Assembly: GCA_963840855.1 (NCBI GenBank)
Contig: CAWJBB010000033.1
Location: forward strand, 1-64,000
DNA: 64,000 nt
Direction of reading: 5' to 3'
DNA from: an uncultured delta proteobacterium
GTDB taxonomy: Bacteria > Desulfobacterota > Binatia > UBA9968
The stretch's first letter is position 1; the number at the start of each line of letters is the position of its first letter. Shown piece by piece: positions 37,468 to 48,393 of the stretch. The position numbers and the translations under genes were made by a program. The notes beneath the pieces are model-generated. The model saw only the letters and a program-made list of their open reading frames with translations. It ran no database searches and was not told the origin of the DNA.

Positions 37468-38473
37468 GTGAAACACAGGATTACATTGATTCCGGGCGAC
37501 GGCATCGGCCCCGAGGTGATGAAGCCGACGCTTAAAATTATCAAGGTGGCCGGCGTGAACGTCGAGTGGCACAGTCACCTGGCCGGAGCCACGGCGCTAA
37601 AAAAACATGGGACGACGATTCCGCAGAAACTCATGGACTCCTTTGAGCGCGACAAGGTTGCCCTCAAAGGACCGGTGACGACTCCGGTGGGGGAGGGCTT
37701 CGCGAGCGTTAATGTCGAACTGCGCCAGAGCTTCGACCTTTACGCTAACCTCCGGCCCATCAAGAATCTTCCGGGCGTCAAGGCGCGCTATGAAAACGTC
37801 GATCTCATCGTCGTGCGCGAAAATACCGAGGGGCTTTATTCTGGTATCGAACATGAAGTCGTACCGGGGGTGATGGAAAGCCTGAAAATCATCACTGAGA
37901 AGGCGTCCACGCGAATTGCCCGCTTCGCCTTCGACTACGCGCGCGCCCACGGGCGCAAGAAAGTCGCGGCGGTGCATAAAGCCAATATCATGAAACTCAC
38001 CGACGGCTTGTTTCTTCAATGCGCGAGGAACATGGCGCCGCGCTACCATAAAGATCGCCTTCAGCGATCTCATTGTGGACAACGCTTGCCTGCAGCTAGT
38101 TCTGGACCCGACGCGTTTCGATGTCTTGCTGCTAGAAAATCTTTACGGCGACATCGTCTCGGATTTGGCGGCGGGACTGGTGGGCGGTCTGGGCGTCGTC
38201 CCAGGCGCCAATTTGAGCAACACCCACGCGCTGTTCGAGAGCGTGCATGGCAGCGCGCCGGACATCCAGGGCAAGAATATCGCCAATCCAACGGCGCTGA
38301 TCCTCGCCGCCGTGATGATGCTCGAACATATCGGGGAAAAAAAGGCGGCGACGCGCATCTCCGGCGCTCTCGAGGCGGTGTTGAGAAAAGGCGAGCACTT
38401 AACCCCCGATCTCGGCGGCAGCGCGACCACGACGAAATTTGCCGATGCGATCATGCGGGAGATTGAACGATAA
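37468..38473 (+). CDS. Isocitrate/isopropylmalate dehydrogenase family, NAD-IDH-like (frameshift near 38048)
   Basis: IPGDGIGPE, LKGP, LYANLRP, VRENTEGLY and VHKANIMK, then in the second frame VDN, NLYGDIVSDL and ESVHGSAPDI. Confidence 0.92.
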
Positions 38474-38496
38474 GGAGGAAAACAATTTACTCGAGA

Positions 38497-39651
38497 TCAA
38501 CCATCGCACACCACCCATTCCCTTGGAAAGGCGTTCAGACTCTCACAGCCGTTTTTTTTGACGACCAGTGTTTCGCCGAACTGCAGGCCCATTTTTTCGT
38601 CGTAAGTCATGAGATTCGGCTGAATTACGATGACCATGTTTTCGCGGAAAACCAACTCCCGCGACTCATGGCGTTTGCGCGTCTTGGTCTGGAAGATCGG
38701 CGGGTATTGATTGACGCCATGCACGAGGTCGTCGTAGGTGCTATAGCCGCGCTCGTGAATGATCTCCGCCGCTTCTTCGGCTTCCGTGGTCGTCGCGCCG
38801 TCTTTGATGACCTTGGACAATACCTCGAAGGCTTCCATCGCCGCGTCATGCATTTTTCGCCATTCCGGCGTCGGCCCCTCGCCGATCGAAAAGGTCCGGT
38901 GAATCTGGCCGCTGTACCCTGAGTAAGCGCCGCTGATCTCGGTGATCAAACAGTCGCCTTTTTGCAGCTTGCGGTTGGACTGAAACTGCGACGGCACGGG
39001 AAAATCCGGCTCGCGCATCGCCATGCTGCTCATGAAGTGAATGCCCGCGTAACCGCCTTGCTTCAAATAGACCGGCTCGATGATTGCCGGAATCTCATCT
39101 TCGCGCATGCCGGCTTTCAATTCCTCGGCCAGCGCCTCTATGGACTGATCCGTCAGCTTCGAAGCCATGTGGATGCGTTCGACTTCTTCGGGGCTTTTTA
39201 TCGTCCGCATCATGCGCAACTTGCCGCCCAAATCGACAAAAATCGCATTCGGATATTTTTCCCGCAGGCTGTTGTAGAGCTGAAAGCCGATGGACCCAGC
39301 CAGCCCGATCTTTTTCGCTTCCAAGCCGCGCTCGCCAATCAATTCCATGACACTTCTGTTGGTATTGGCGCCGGCCCAGCGGACATCGTTGATCCACGAC
39401 ATGACTCTTGCCATCGGAAAATGATTGAAAAGCTGCATTAAAATCACCGGTTCTTTGCCGCTCTGCATGAGTAGATAGGCTTCGCGGCTGCTCGGCCAAT
39501 CGCTGAGCCAGTAGATGTCCGACGCATAGCGGCCGCTGCCGTAGAGGAGTAGCGCGTCGACACCCTCCTGTTCCATCAAGCCGTAAACCGCCTGATGCCT
39601 TCCTTTGAGCTCTTGGTCGGAAAAAGTCGGATAGTCCTGTCTTTGCCGCAT
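38497..39651 (-). CDS. M24 (Xaa-Pro peptidase/creatinase-fold) family protein with degenerate metal site
   Basis: Creatinase N-domain, RTIKSPEE and pita-bread motifs (GYSGQIHRT, LVHG, VIQPN, QFGETLVV). Confidence 0.85.
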   Translation of the reverse strand: MRQRQDYPTFSDQELKGRHQAVYGLMEQEGVDALLLYGSGRYASDIYWLSDWPSSREAYLLMQSGKEPVILMQLFNHFPMARVMSWINDVRWAGANTNRSVMELIGERGLEAKKIGLAGSIGFQLYNSLREKYPNAIFVDLGGKLRMMRTIKSPEEVERIHMASKLTDQSIEALAEELKAGMREDEIPAIIEPVYLKQGGYAGIHFMSSMAMREPDFPVPSQFQSNRKLQKGDCLITEISGAYSGYSGQIHRTFSIGEGPTPEWRKMHDAAMEAFEVLSKVIKDGATTTEAEEAAEIIHERGYSTYDDLVHGVNQYPPIFQTKTRKRHESRELVFRENMVIVIQPNLMTYDEKMGLQFGETLVVKKNGCESLNAFPREWVVCDG

Positions 39652-39912
39652 CGTGAAGCCCTCCTGATCGTCATGCGTTTAGCTGTCATTTCTGTAGCAC
39701 CGATGGGATTGGCGGCGCAACCAACGTTGCCTAGGTCGCCGTTACGCTGCTGCAAAGGTGGGGACGGCTATACCACGGAACCTCCGCCAGTCATCCGGAT
39801 CGGCTGCTTTACTCCTTCACGCGCCTAAGGATTCCTCGGAATGGTTTAAGAAACTAACGATAATCCCGATATTTCATTTGACCTAACCCCAAGTTCCAGG
39901 CCCACGTCCCGC

Positions 39913-42612
39913 ATGGTGATTTCATTGGCGATGGATGCAAGTCGGGATTGCGGACGGCGAGGCGGGTCATGTGTTATGAAGTGCAACTCCAAGAAACCGA
40001 AGCTAAGGTCGCAAACCAGCGTGCGCCGGCGCAGGCCGCACGCGAAAAAAACTCGCAGGACCGTTGGCAGTGAGAAGAAGCTCCAGCGTCTAACCAAGAT
40101 GCTCAAGGAGCTTGTGAGCCGTTTATCAAAATCCATCGTAGCCAAAGATCACTTAAAGGCGGAAAAGGCCAAGTTAAAAAAAACCGCCGCTGAATTGGCG
40201 CGCGAGATCTCCGAGCGCAAACTGGCGGAGGAATGGACGCGGCGGCATGAAGCGCATTTTCGCTCGATGATCGACAGTGTCAAGGAGCATGCGATTATTC
40301 TGCTGGATTACGACGGGCGCATCGTGAGCTGGAACCAAGGGGCGGAGCTGATTACGGGATATGGAACCGAAGAGATTCTCGGTAAACACGTCATCTGTTT
40401 CAATCCAGCTGAAGACCTTGAGGGTAGTGCTGAAGAGATTTTAAAGACGGCGCTGGCCGCGGGCCAGTGGGTGGGCGAAGGCTGGCGGGTGCGTAAAGAC
40501 GGCAGCCGGTTTTGGGCGAGCGTCGTCGTCACCGCGGTGCGCGACGGCACGGACACCCTGCTTGGTTTTACTAATGTCATGGGCGATCTGACCCGACGCA
40601 AGCAAGCGGCGGGAGCAATTCAGCTTGCCAAAGAAGAGGCGGAGGCAGCCAACCAGGCCAAGTCAGATTTCCTGGCTAACGTCAGCCACGAAGTACGCAC
40701 TCCCATGACCGGGATCATCGGCATGGCCGGCCTGCTTGCCGAGACTGAACTGTCCGCGAAACAGCGAGAATATTGTGAAATCATCCGGCACTCCAGCGAA
40801 TCTCTGCTCACGGTGATCAACGAGATTTTGGATTTTTCCAAAGCCGAGGCCGGCAAAATGGAGCTTGAGATCATCGACTTCGATCTGCGCACCGCCGTAG
40901 AGGATGTTACGGGACTTTTTGGCTCACAGGCGGCGGACAAAGAGATCGAGCTGATCAACTTCGTCCGTTATGACGTGCCGACGGCGCTCAAGGGGGACCC
41001 TGGAAGGCTACGACAGGTTCTCTCCAATCTGGTCAACAATGCTCTCAAGTTCACAGTCAAGGGCGAAGTGGTTTTGCGAGTCAAAGTTGTCGAGCAGAAC
41101 GCCGCGGTGGCCAAGCTGCGATTCGAAGTGGCGGATACGGGTATCGGTATTCCCGAAGGCGACATCGATCATCTCTTCAATCCCTTTACCCAGGCGGATG
41201 CCTCCACCACTCGCAAATACGGCGGGACCGGGCTTGGGCTCGCCATCTGCAAGAAATTCATCGCGCTCATGGGCGGCGAAATCGGCGTTGAGAGTGAGAT
41301 CGGAAAGGGTAGTACTTTTTGGTTCACCCTGCCGTTGCTAAAGCAACGTAAGGCCACACGGCAAGCTTCCAAGCCACGCCACAACCTCGCAGGTTTGAGT
41401 GCTCTCGTGGTTGAGAGCAGCGCGAGCAGCCGCGAGGTTTTGGACCATTACCTCGACGCGTTAGGGATCAAATGCCGCTGCGCGGACAATTGCGCGGTCG
41501 CTTTGGAATTGCTGCGCCGCGCCGCCGCCCACGACGAGCCTTATGACTTGGTGATCTTGGACTCAAAATTACTTGCGATGGATGGTTTAGTGCTGGCCCA
41601 CACTATCCGCCAAGATGCAACGACCGGCGCGCCAAAGCTTATGCTCTTGACCGCGGTGGGAAAACGGGGCGACGCTAAACTTGCCGAGGAGGCCGGATTT
41701 GACGCCTATCTGACCAAGCCAGTCAGCTTCTCATGTCTAACCGACTGCCTTGCCTTTGTGGCCGGAGAAGCGCCAGCGGCCGGGGCATACGGGCCTCTGG
41801 TTACACGCCATATGGTGGCTGAGGTGAAAGGGCAAAATCGGGTTCGGGTTCTGGTCGCTGACGACAATCACATAAATCAGAAGGTAGTGGCAAGCTTGTT
41901 GGAAAACATGGGCCACCGAGCCGATGTGGTCGCCAGCGGCAGGGAGGCTTTGGAAGCATTTATCCTCGTACCCTACGACGTCGTGCTCATGGATGTGCAA
42001 CTGGCGGAAATGGACGGCGTCGAGACTTGCCGCCGCATTCGCATTCTGGCCAATGAGACTGGGCGCCGCACGTTCGTCGTCGCCGTAACCGCCCACGCTA
42101 TGAAAGGGGACCGGGAAAAGTATCTTGGGGCGGGCTTCGACGGTTACGTCTCCAAACCGGTCAACCCTCAGGAGCTCAAAGCTGTTATTGACTCAAGGAC
42201 CACCGGCGATTCGTCGATGGCGTCATCCAAGGTGGCAGCGGAGCCTCTGGCCGTTCTCAATCTCTCGGAGGCCTTGGCCCGGGTCGAGGGGAACCGCGAA
42301 TTACTTGCCAAAGTTGCCCGCGTATTTCTTGAGATTTATCCGAAATTGCTCGAAGAGTCTCAGAAGGCCGTTGCAGGAGCGGACTGCGACCTGCTCGCAC
42401 GAGCCGCCCGCACCATTGCCTCGTCGGCTGGGCAAATAGGGGCGGGCAGGGTCCGTGCGGCCGCTAAGAAACTGGAAGCACTGAGCCGCCAGGGTGATTT
42501 ATCCGACGCCCCTGATGCCCTGAATAAACTCGATAGCGAAATTCGCTTGGTCGAGTCCGCCATTGTTGAACCGTCTAACCCGGATTATTCATGGCTTCGC
42601 AACGAGGCGTAA
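39913..42612 (+). CDS. Hybrid sensor kinase PAS-HisKA-HATPase-REC-REC-Hpt-like (start uncertain)
   Basis: PAS ([15 protein letters not shown]), [39 protein letters not shown], two REC domains and a helical tail. No TM seen. Confidence 0.92.
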   Translation: MVISLAMDASRDCGRRGGSCVMKCNSKKPKLRSQTSVRRRRPHAKKTRRTVGSEKKLQRLTKMLKELVSRLSKSIVAKDHLKAEKAKLKKTAAELAREISERKLAEEWTRRHEAHFRSMIDSVKEHAIILLDYDGRIVSWNQGAELITGYGTEEILGKHVICFNPAEDLEGSAEEILKTALAAGQWVGEGWRVRKDGSRFWASVVVTAVRDGTDTLLGFTNVMGDLTRRKQAAGAIQLAKEEAEAANQAKSDFLANVSHEVRTPMTGIIGMAGLLAETELSAKQREYCEIIRHSSESLLTVINEILDFSKAEAGKMELEIIDFDLRTAVEDVTGLFGSQAADKEIELINFVRYDVPTALKGDPGRLRQVLSNLVNNALKFTVKGEVVLRVKVVEQNAAVAKLRFEVADTGIGIPEGDIDHLFNPFTQADASTTRKYGGTGLGLAICKKFIALMGGEIGVESEIGKGSTFWFTLPLLKQRKATRQASKPRHNLAGLSALVVESSASSREVLDHYLDALGIKCRCADNCAVALELLRRAAAHDEPYDLVILDSKLLAMDGLVLAHTIRQDATTGAPKLMLLTAVGKRGDAKLAEEAGFDAYLTKPVSFSCLTDCLAFVAGEAPAAGAYGPLVTRHMVAEVKGQNRVRVLVADDNHINQKVVASLLENMGHRADVVASGREALEAFILVPYDVVLMDVQLAEMDGVETCRRIRILANETGRRTFVVAVTAHAMKGDREKYLGAGFDGYVSKPVNPQELKAVIDSRTTGDSSMASSKVAAEPLAVLNLSEALARVEGNRELLAKVARVFLEIYPKLLEESQKAVAGADCDLLARAARTIASSAGQIGAGRVRAAAKKLEALSRQGDLSDAPDALNKLDSEIRLVESAIVEPSNPDYSWLRNEA

Positions 42613-42816
42613 GCCCCTGGTGCCATCACAGGACTTTTTCCACTCGGTTAACTGCTCTGCCGAATCCCCCAAACGGCAATTGTATCTCCCTTTGGCACGC
42701 TGCATCCGGCTAGCTTCTGGCACGTGCGCTGAAAAACTCTGTCGCCAGGCTGTTAGACATTTCTTCCCTACCGTGAGAACCTTTTGGTTACGAATTCCAT
42801 TCCTGGGAGACTGTTT

Positions 42817-43644
42817 ATGAGCGTCCGGCAAATTTTACCTCGAATACTACTGGCTCTAATTTTGTCACTCGCCTTAACTGCTGTTACGCCCGCGGCGCAG
42901 TCCACGAAGCAGGAGTATGAACCGCAGGTGGGGCAGGAGGGAAAAGATGTCGAATGGGTCCCGACTCCGCAGGTGTTGGTAGACAAGATGCTCGACATGG
43001 CGAAGGCTACGCCGAAGGATTATGTCATCGATCTGGGTTCGGGCGATGGCCGCACGGTTATCACGGCGGCGAAGCGGGGGATCCGCGCCCACGGCATAGA
43101 ATACAATCCGGACATGGTGGAGCTAGCCAAACGCAACGCCGCCAAGGAGGGCGTCAGTGATAAGGCCACGTTTGCAAAAGCCGATTTGTTTGTGAGTGAT
43201 TTTTCCAAAGCGACTGTGTTGACGTTATTTCTTTTGCCGGAGATTAATTTAAAGCTGAGATCCAAGATCCTCAATCTCAAACCGGGTACGCGCATTGTTT
43301 CCAACACCTTCGATATGGAAGAGTGGGAGCCGGACGAGAGCGCTACTGTGGGCGAAGGGTGCGGCAGCTGGTGTACGGCGCATCTGTGGATCGTGCCCGC
43401 GAAAGCGCAAGGAACCTGGCGGCTCGCGCACGGCGAACTCAGGCTCACGCAGACTTTTCAAAAGATCTCCGGCACGTTCAGCGCCGGCGCTAAGACCATG
43501 CAAATCTCCGATGGCAAACTGAACGGCGACCGCATCACGTTTTCCGCCGCCGGCGCGCAATACAGCGGGCGGGTGAACGGAAACGTAATGGAGGGCAGTC
43601 TAAGTTCCGGCGGAACTTGGAAGGCGGTCCGCACCGCCAAGTAG
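42817..43644 (+). CDS. Class I SAM-dependent methyltransferase with N-terminal signal-like peptide
   Basis: Motifs WVPTP, VIDLGSGDGR, GIEYN, VLTLFL and LKPGTRIVS; GGGAG RBS. Confidence 0.88.
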   Translation: MSVRQILPRILLALILSLALTAVTPAAQSTKQEYEPQVGQEGKDVEWVPTPQVLVDKMLDMAKATPKDYVIDLGSGDGRTVITAAKRGIRAHGIEYNPDMVELAKRNAAKEGVSDKATFAKADLFVSDFSKATVLTLFLLPEINLKLRSKILNLKPGTRIVSNTFDMEEWEPDESATVGEGCGSWCTAHLWIVPAKAQGTWRLAHGELRLTQTFQKISGTFSAGAKTMQISDGKLNGDRITFSAAGAQYSGRVNGNVMEGSLSSGGTWKAVRTAK

Positions 43645-43655
43645 GTGATTGCTTC

Positions 43656-44651
43656 TTAGATTCGCAAGAGGCGTTTGGCGTTTCCCTCAAGCAGAAGCAG
43701 CTTGTCGGTTTCCGAAATATCCAGCTGCTCGACCTTTTTGGCGGCGTCCCAGTCCCCTAAACCGTACGGATAATCGGTGCCAACCATGATGTGGTCGACG
43801 CCGCCGAGGCCGATCAGATACTTGATCGTGTCGAGGCGGTAGATCATGTTGTCGTAGTAAATGTTTTTTAGATACGCGCTGGGCGGCATCTTGGCTCCGG
43901 CGGCCCGCGCACCCGAGCGCACTTGCCATCCCCGGTCGAATCGACCCAGATGATAGGGAAAAAAGCCGCCACCGTGGAGAATGCAGAGCTTCAAGTTGGG
44001 GAACCGGTCGAACACGCCGCTGTAGGTCATGAAACCGAAGCAGAGCGCGCTGTCGGCGGGATTGCCGCATATGAGTTTCAAGCCATAAGGATTCATTTTG
44101 TCAGCGCCAGCGACGTCTTCCGGGTGCATAACCACCATGACATCCAGTTCTTGCGCTTTTGCCCAAAACGGATCGAACTCTTCGGTGCCATAGTAGTTGC
44201 CGTTGACGTTGGTGCCGATGTAGCCGCCGCGGAAATTAAGATCGCGGACGGCGCGCTCCAAGACCCTGGCGGCGCGCGCCGGGTCCTGCAGCGGTACGGA
44301 GGCCAAACCGACGAACTTGTCAGGATGGTGATTGATCAATTCGTAAATACCGTCGTTATAAACCTTGCACCAGTTTTCGCCCTGCTCGCCCGTGAGTCTG
44401 TAGCCGAGGGTGGCGGTGTGCGCTTCCAGCGCGGCCATGGCGAGCTTTGAGTCCTGCATCATCTTGAGCCGCTTGTCGATGGCCGGCAGCTCCGGATGAA
44501 GAACGAACGGCGGGCCGCCCGCGAAAGAAAGCGAGCGCTGTCCGTCTTTCTCGATTAGCTCGACGCCAAGGTGTCTACCGCGGACTTTGGCTTCCTGCAA
44601 AAGACTTTCGGGAACGTAATGATGATGCACGTCGATGGCGCAAGTGTTCAT
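43656..44651 (-). CDS. Amidohydrolase_2 family, ACMSD/LigW-like decarboxylase clade
   Basis: Motifs IDVHHH, VPLQDP, VMHP, HGGGFFP and GTDYPY. Confidence 0.9.
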   Translation of the reverse strand: MNTCAIDVHHHYVPESLLQEAKVRGRHLGVELIEKDGQRSLSFAGGPPFVLHPELPAIDKRLKMMQDSKLAMAALEAHTATLGYRLTGEQGENWCKVYNDGIYELINHHPDKFVGLASVPLQDPARAARVLERAVRDLNFRGGYIGTNVNGNYYGTEEFDPFWAKAQELDVMVVMHPEDVAGADKMNPYGLKLICGNPADSALCFGFMTYSGVFDRFPNLKLCILHGGGFFPYHLGRFDRGWQVRSGARAAGAKMPPSAYLKNIYYDNMIYRLDTIKYLIGLGGVDHIMVGTDYPYGLGDWDAAKKVEQLDISETDKLLLLEGNAKRLLRI

Positions 44652-44699
44652 TTTGGCCTAGATCCCTCTTTCGGAAATTTTAATTATCGATAATCGTCG

Positions 44700-44732
44700 C
44701 CCTCACCCTAACCCTCTCCCCGCGGGAGAGGG
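44700..44732. repeat. REP-like CCCTCACCCTAACCCTCTCCC-CGC-GGGAGAGGG hairpin
   Basis: Perfect 9-bp stem CCCTCTCCC/GGGAGAGGG in an intergenic position; a degenerate reverse relative occurs near 63800-63835. Confidence 0.6.
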
Positions 44733-44794
44733 AAGGATGAGAGAAGAACTTTTAACGAGCAGGAAACGAAGTGTTCGCCGAGCGGACCAGCTAG

Positions 44795-46456
44795 TTACAC
44801 GCACAGTTGTTGGCGACGCACCTTGCCGGGGAAAACATCGTTGCAACTGCCGTCCTCGACTACAGTTTGGCCGTTGACGACCACGGCTTTCATCCCGGGC
44901 GGGTGCCGCTTGACTTCTTGAGCGTCAATGACGGCTGGCAGCTTCTCGCTGACTAAATCGTCGATCTTGTCGGCGTCAAAAATCGTCACGTCCGCGGGCA
45001 TGCCTTCGCGCAGCAGACCGCGGTTGAGGCGAAGCTTCTCAGCCGGGAACCCGGTCACCTTGTGCACCGCTTTCTCCAGGCTCATCAGATGCTTCTCGCG
45101 ACTCCAGTAGCCGAGCACTCTGACCGGGGCGCCATGCCAGAAGAAACGGTCGAGATGCGCGCCCACGTCGGTGCCGATCAAACTGGTTTCCGACTGAATC
45201 ATCTGCGCCAGAATATCCTGATGGGCATTGGCGAGGCCGTGATAGACGCACTGGGATTTGAGATTGTCCTCCAGCCAGGTATCGAAGAACGCGTCCACCT
45301 CGGCCTTCTCGGTGAGCCGCGCGATTTCCGCGACGTTCTTGCCTTCGAGCTTTTTGAGTTCCGGTTTCTCGATATGTTCGAAAACCATGCGGTCCCAAGA
45401 ATGCCATTCGGGAAATTCCGGTTTGCCGGCTCCCGCAATGCGTTCTTGTTCGAGTTTTTTTCTGATTTCTTTGTCCCCGAGCTTGCTGCTGAGGTCGCTC
45501 GAGTTCTTGATCGCTTCCCAGGTCGGCAGGCCGTTCAAGAAAAAGCAGTCGTTGATGGTAAAGCGGCGGATGTGAGTGTAGGGGATGACGACGCCGAAGA
45601 GCTGTTGGCCGCGCTTCTGCGCTTCCTCCATGTAGGCGATGGCCTTCGGGGCGTCTGCCTTTTGTCCGGGACGCTGGCGAAATTCGTTGCCGATCTGCAA
45701 GCCGCGAATGCGTTTTAGCATGTCGGGAACGCCACTCTCGGGCTGGAGCATCATCTGAAAGCCGTTGAATTGAAAGCAGCCGTTGTATTCCGCCGCTACG
45801 TTGGCCAGCTCGACGATCTCGTTATGATTGGCGAAGGTGCTCGGCGTGCCGGCGTGAATCGCGGGTCCGCCGCGCGGACTGGTGGAAAATCCGATGGCGC
45901 CCAGCTCCATCCCTTCGCGCACCATTTTTTTCATCGCATCGAGTTCCTCCGGTTTTGCTTCGCGCTCATAGGCGGCTTCGCCCATGACCGTAAGCCGAAC
46001 CGGGGAATGGGGCATGAGAGGAAGGCAGTTCACGGCGATATGGCCTTCAATATAATTGAGATATTCGGCGTAGGTGTTCCACTTCCAGTCCTTGTCGTCG
46101 ACATACTTATCCAGCACGCGGCGCAGATACTCGACCAGCACCTTGCGTGGCTCGGGCTTGGCTGGCACCGGCGCGCAGGAGGCGCCGCAATCGCCGATGA
46201 CGATGCTGGTGACGCCGTAATTGACCACCGGATTGCCGTTTGGATACTGGACGATGAAGGCGTCCATGTGGGTGTGGGAGTCGATGAATCCGGGCGCCAC
46301 TACATGTCCTTTGGCGTCGATCTCTTTCTTTCCCGAGCCAAGGTTTTTGCCGATGGCAGTGACTTTTTCGCCGTCGATGGCGACATCGGCTTCGAAGCCT
46401 GGGCTTCCACTGCCGTCAATAACGGTGCCGTTTTTAATTACCAAATCGTGAGCCAT
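44795..46456 (-). CDS. N-acyl-D-amino-acid deacylase (amidohydrolase_3) family protein
   Basis: Motifs DLVIKNGTVIDGSG, APGFIDSHTHMD, IGDCG, GTDVGAH and ADVTIFD. Confidence 0.9.
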   Translation of the reverse strand: MAHDLVIKNGTVIDGSGSPGFEADVAIDGEKVTAIGKNLGSGKKEIDAKGHVVAPGFIDSHTHMDAFIVQYPNGNPVVNYGVTSIVIGDCGASCAPVPAKPEPRKVLVEYLRRVLDKYVDDKDWKWNTYAEYLNYIEGHIAVNCLPLMPHSPVRLTVMGEAAYEREAKPEELDAMKKMVREGMELGAIGFSTSPRGGPAIHAGTPSTFANHNEIVELANVAAEYNGCFQFNGFQMMLQPESGVPDMLKRIRGLQIGNEFRQRPGQKADAPKAIAYMEEAQKRGQQLFGVVIPYTHIRRFTINDCFFLNGLPTWEAIKNSSDLSSKLGDKEIRKKLEQERIAGAGKPEFPEWHSWDRMVFEHIEKPELKKLEGKNVAEIARLTEKAEVDAFFDTWLEDNLKSQCVYHGLANAHQDILAQMIQSETSLIGTDVGAHLDRFFWHGAPVRVLGYWSREKHLMSLEKAVHKVTGFPAEKLRLNRGLLREGMPADVTIFDADKIDDLVSEKLPAVIDAQEVKRHPPGMKAVVVNGQTVVEDGSCNDVFPGKVRRQQLCV

Positions 46457-46535
46457 TAGGAGCGCCTCCTTATGCAGGTAAGATTAATTTGCTTATCCCA
46501 CCGAATGGGTTCGGCTGTCAACTGCTTGATATCCA

Positions 46536-46730
46536 GTTCCTAGTTTCGAGTTTCTGGTTTCAGGTTAATCGGATCGCGGACGTATATCCGTCCGCGTAAA
46601 TCGTCGTGTTACGAATCTCAGTAGTTGAGACTGTTATAGGAGTGGTCTCTAAAGTGGGCTGATTTGAAACTAGAAAGTCTCGAGCTCCGAGACTTGGCTG
46701 GACAGAAACTAGAAACCAGAGACTAGAAAC
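46536..46730. repeat. Tandem-inverted heptamer element with internal hairpins
   Basis: Left arm AGTTCCT AGTTTCG AGTTTCT GGTTTCA; right arm AAACTAG AAACCAG AGACTAG AAAC; inner stems CGCGGACG/CGTCCGCG and GTCTCG/CGAGAC. Confidence 0.7.
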
Positions 46731-46740
46731 TTCCCCTGGT

Positions 46741-48243
46741 CTACACCGCGTCTGCAGGCCGCTCGTATTTGGCTTTGCCCATGCGCTCTTTGATCGTAGG
46801 ATAAGCGATGGTAAAAATCGTGATCGCGATGAGCGACAAGCACGCTGGGAAACAAGCAGCCACTTGGCGCCATAGGCCGCGGTGGATATCCATAAATAAT
46901 TTTCCGCGATCTTACCCAGGGTAAGCCCCAGTATCAGCGGCGGCCGCGGCCAGCCAAATTTGACCATGAAATAGCCGATCACTCCGAAAAGAATTGTCGT
47001 TATGTTATCGTTGATATCGTTATTCGCGGTGAAAGAGCCGATGAAAACGAGGAACATCAAAAAGGGTATCAGTATCGAACCACGAACGAATGTGAGAGCA
47101 GCGAGATGATTCAAAAACATAAAGCAAATACCGGCGACGATGATATTGGCGATAATCAGCACCCAAACCATGGCGAAGGTGACGTCGAGCTTGGATTTGA
47201 GCATTTCCGGTCCAGGGTTGAGTCCGACGATCAACATGGCCCCGAGGAGCAGAGCCATGGCGCCGCTGCCCGGAATACCGAAGGCAATCGTTGGTATCAA
47301 ATCGCCGCCCCGTGTTGAGTTGTTTGCACACGCGGGGCCGAGCAGGCCTTCGATGGCGCCCTTGCCGGCTCTCGATTTGTCTTTTAATCCCTGCACCGCG
47401 TGGGCGTAGGAAATCCACTGGGCCACGTTGGCGCCCAAAACCGGTAGAACCCCAAAGTACACGCCGATCAAACTGCAACGCATGACCAGCCAGAAGTGGC
47501 GGAAGGTGTCTTTGACCCCTTCCATGACGCCGGTTATTTTTCCGGTCTGGCCGCCCGCAATGCTCGTGCCGCGCACCGCGAGATCGACGATTTCCGGTAT
47601 GGCGAACAACCCCACGACAACCGGTATTAGATCGAGCCGGTCCCATAAATAAAGCGATCCGAAGGTGTAGCGCAAAGATCCCGTTTGCGGGTCTACGCCG
47701 ATGGCGGCGAGCATAAGTCCGAGGCCGCCGGCAAGAAGCCCTTTGATCAACGACGGTCCGGCAAGCGTTCCGATAAACGTAATGCCCATGATCGCGATAA
47801 TGAACAATTCCGGGTGAGCCGAACAGCAATACGAGGGGACGCATAATAGGAATGGAGAGGGCTAGTGAGAATGCTCCGATCAGGGATCCCAGCACGGAGC
47901 TTGTTATCGCCGCGCCCAAGGCGCGGCCGGCCTCGCCATTTTTAGACATGGGGTAGCCATCTAATATGAGCGCGGCGGAGGATCCCTCCCCTGGAATCCC
48001 GAAAAGAATCGACGTCAGGTCGCCGGTGGTGCCGGTGACGGCGAGCATGCCGAGCAGAAAGCAGAAGGCTTCGATGGGAGTTTTGATCGTATATGAGAAC
48101 GGCAACATCAACGCGAGGGTTGACAGGCCGCCGATGCCGGGAAGCAGGCCGACCCAAAAACCGATGAAGATCCCCAGCAGCATATATCCGAAAGCCGGCC
48201 AGGCGAGAACTTTCCAAAACCCGATAACGAAGGCTTCAAGCAT
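46741..48243 (-). CDS. tctA: Tripartite tricarboxylate transporter large membrane subunit TctA (frameshifts near 47812 and 46830-46850)
   Basis: GLLPGIG, SILFGIPG, LDGYPM..NGEAGRAL, then GVDPQTG..RYTFG, ANN...G..IPT..FGIPG and PL.LG..LG. The C-terminus IAYPTIKERMGKAKYERPADAV stops at 46741. Confidence 0.9.
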
Positions 48244-48393
48244 ATGAAACTCCTAACGCTCTATTCGACCTGTGGACCATGCTCCATATCGCATCTTGAA
48301 CCGTGGGTCAACCGATTCAGGCCAGGGAGTAATGGAGTTATGCACTTAAAATCAATGGCGTCTTGATTGAGGCCGACGTTCCACGACAATATG

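Noticed and set aside
42683-42732. Two TGGCAC motifs upstream of the methyltransferase
   Set aside because: Neither has GC at the -12 position (ATCC and CTGA follow instead), so they are not called as sigma54 promoters.
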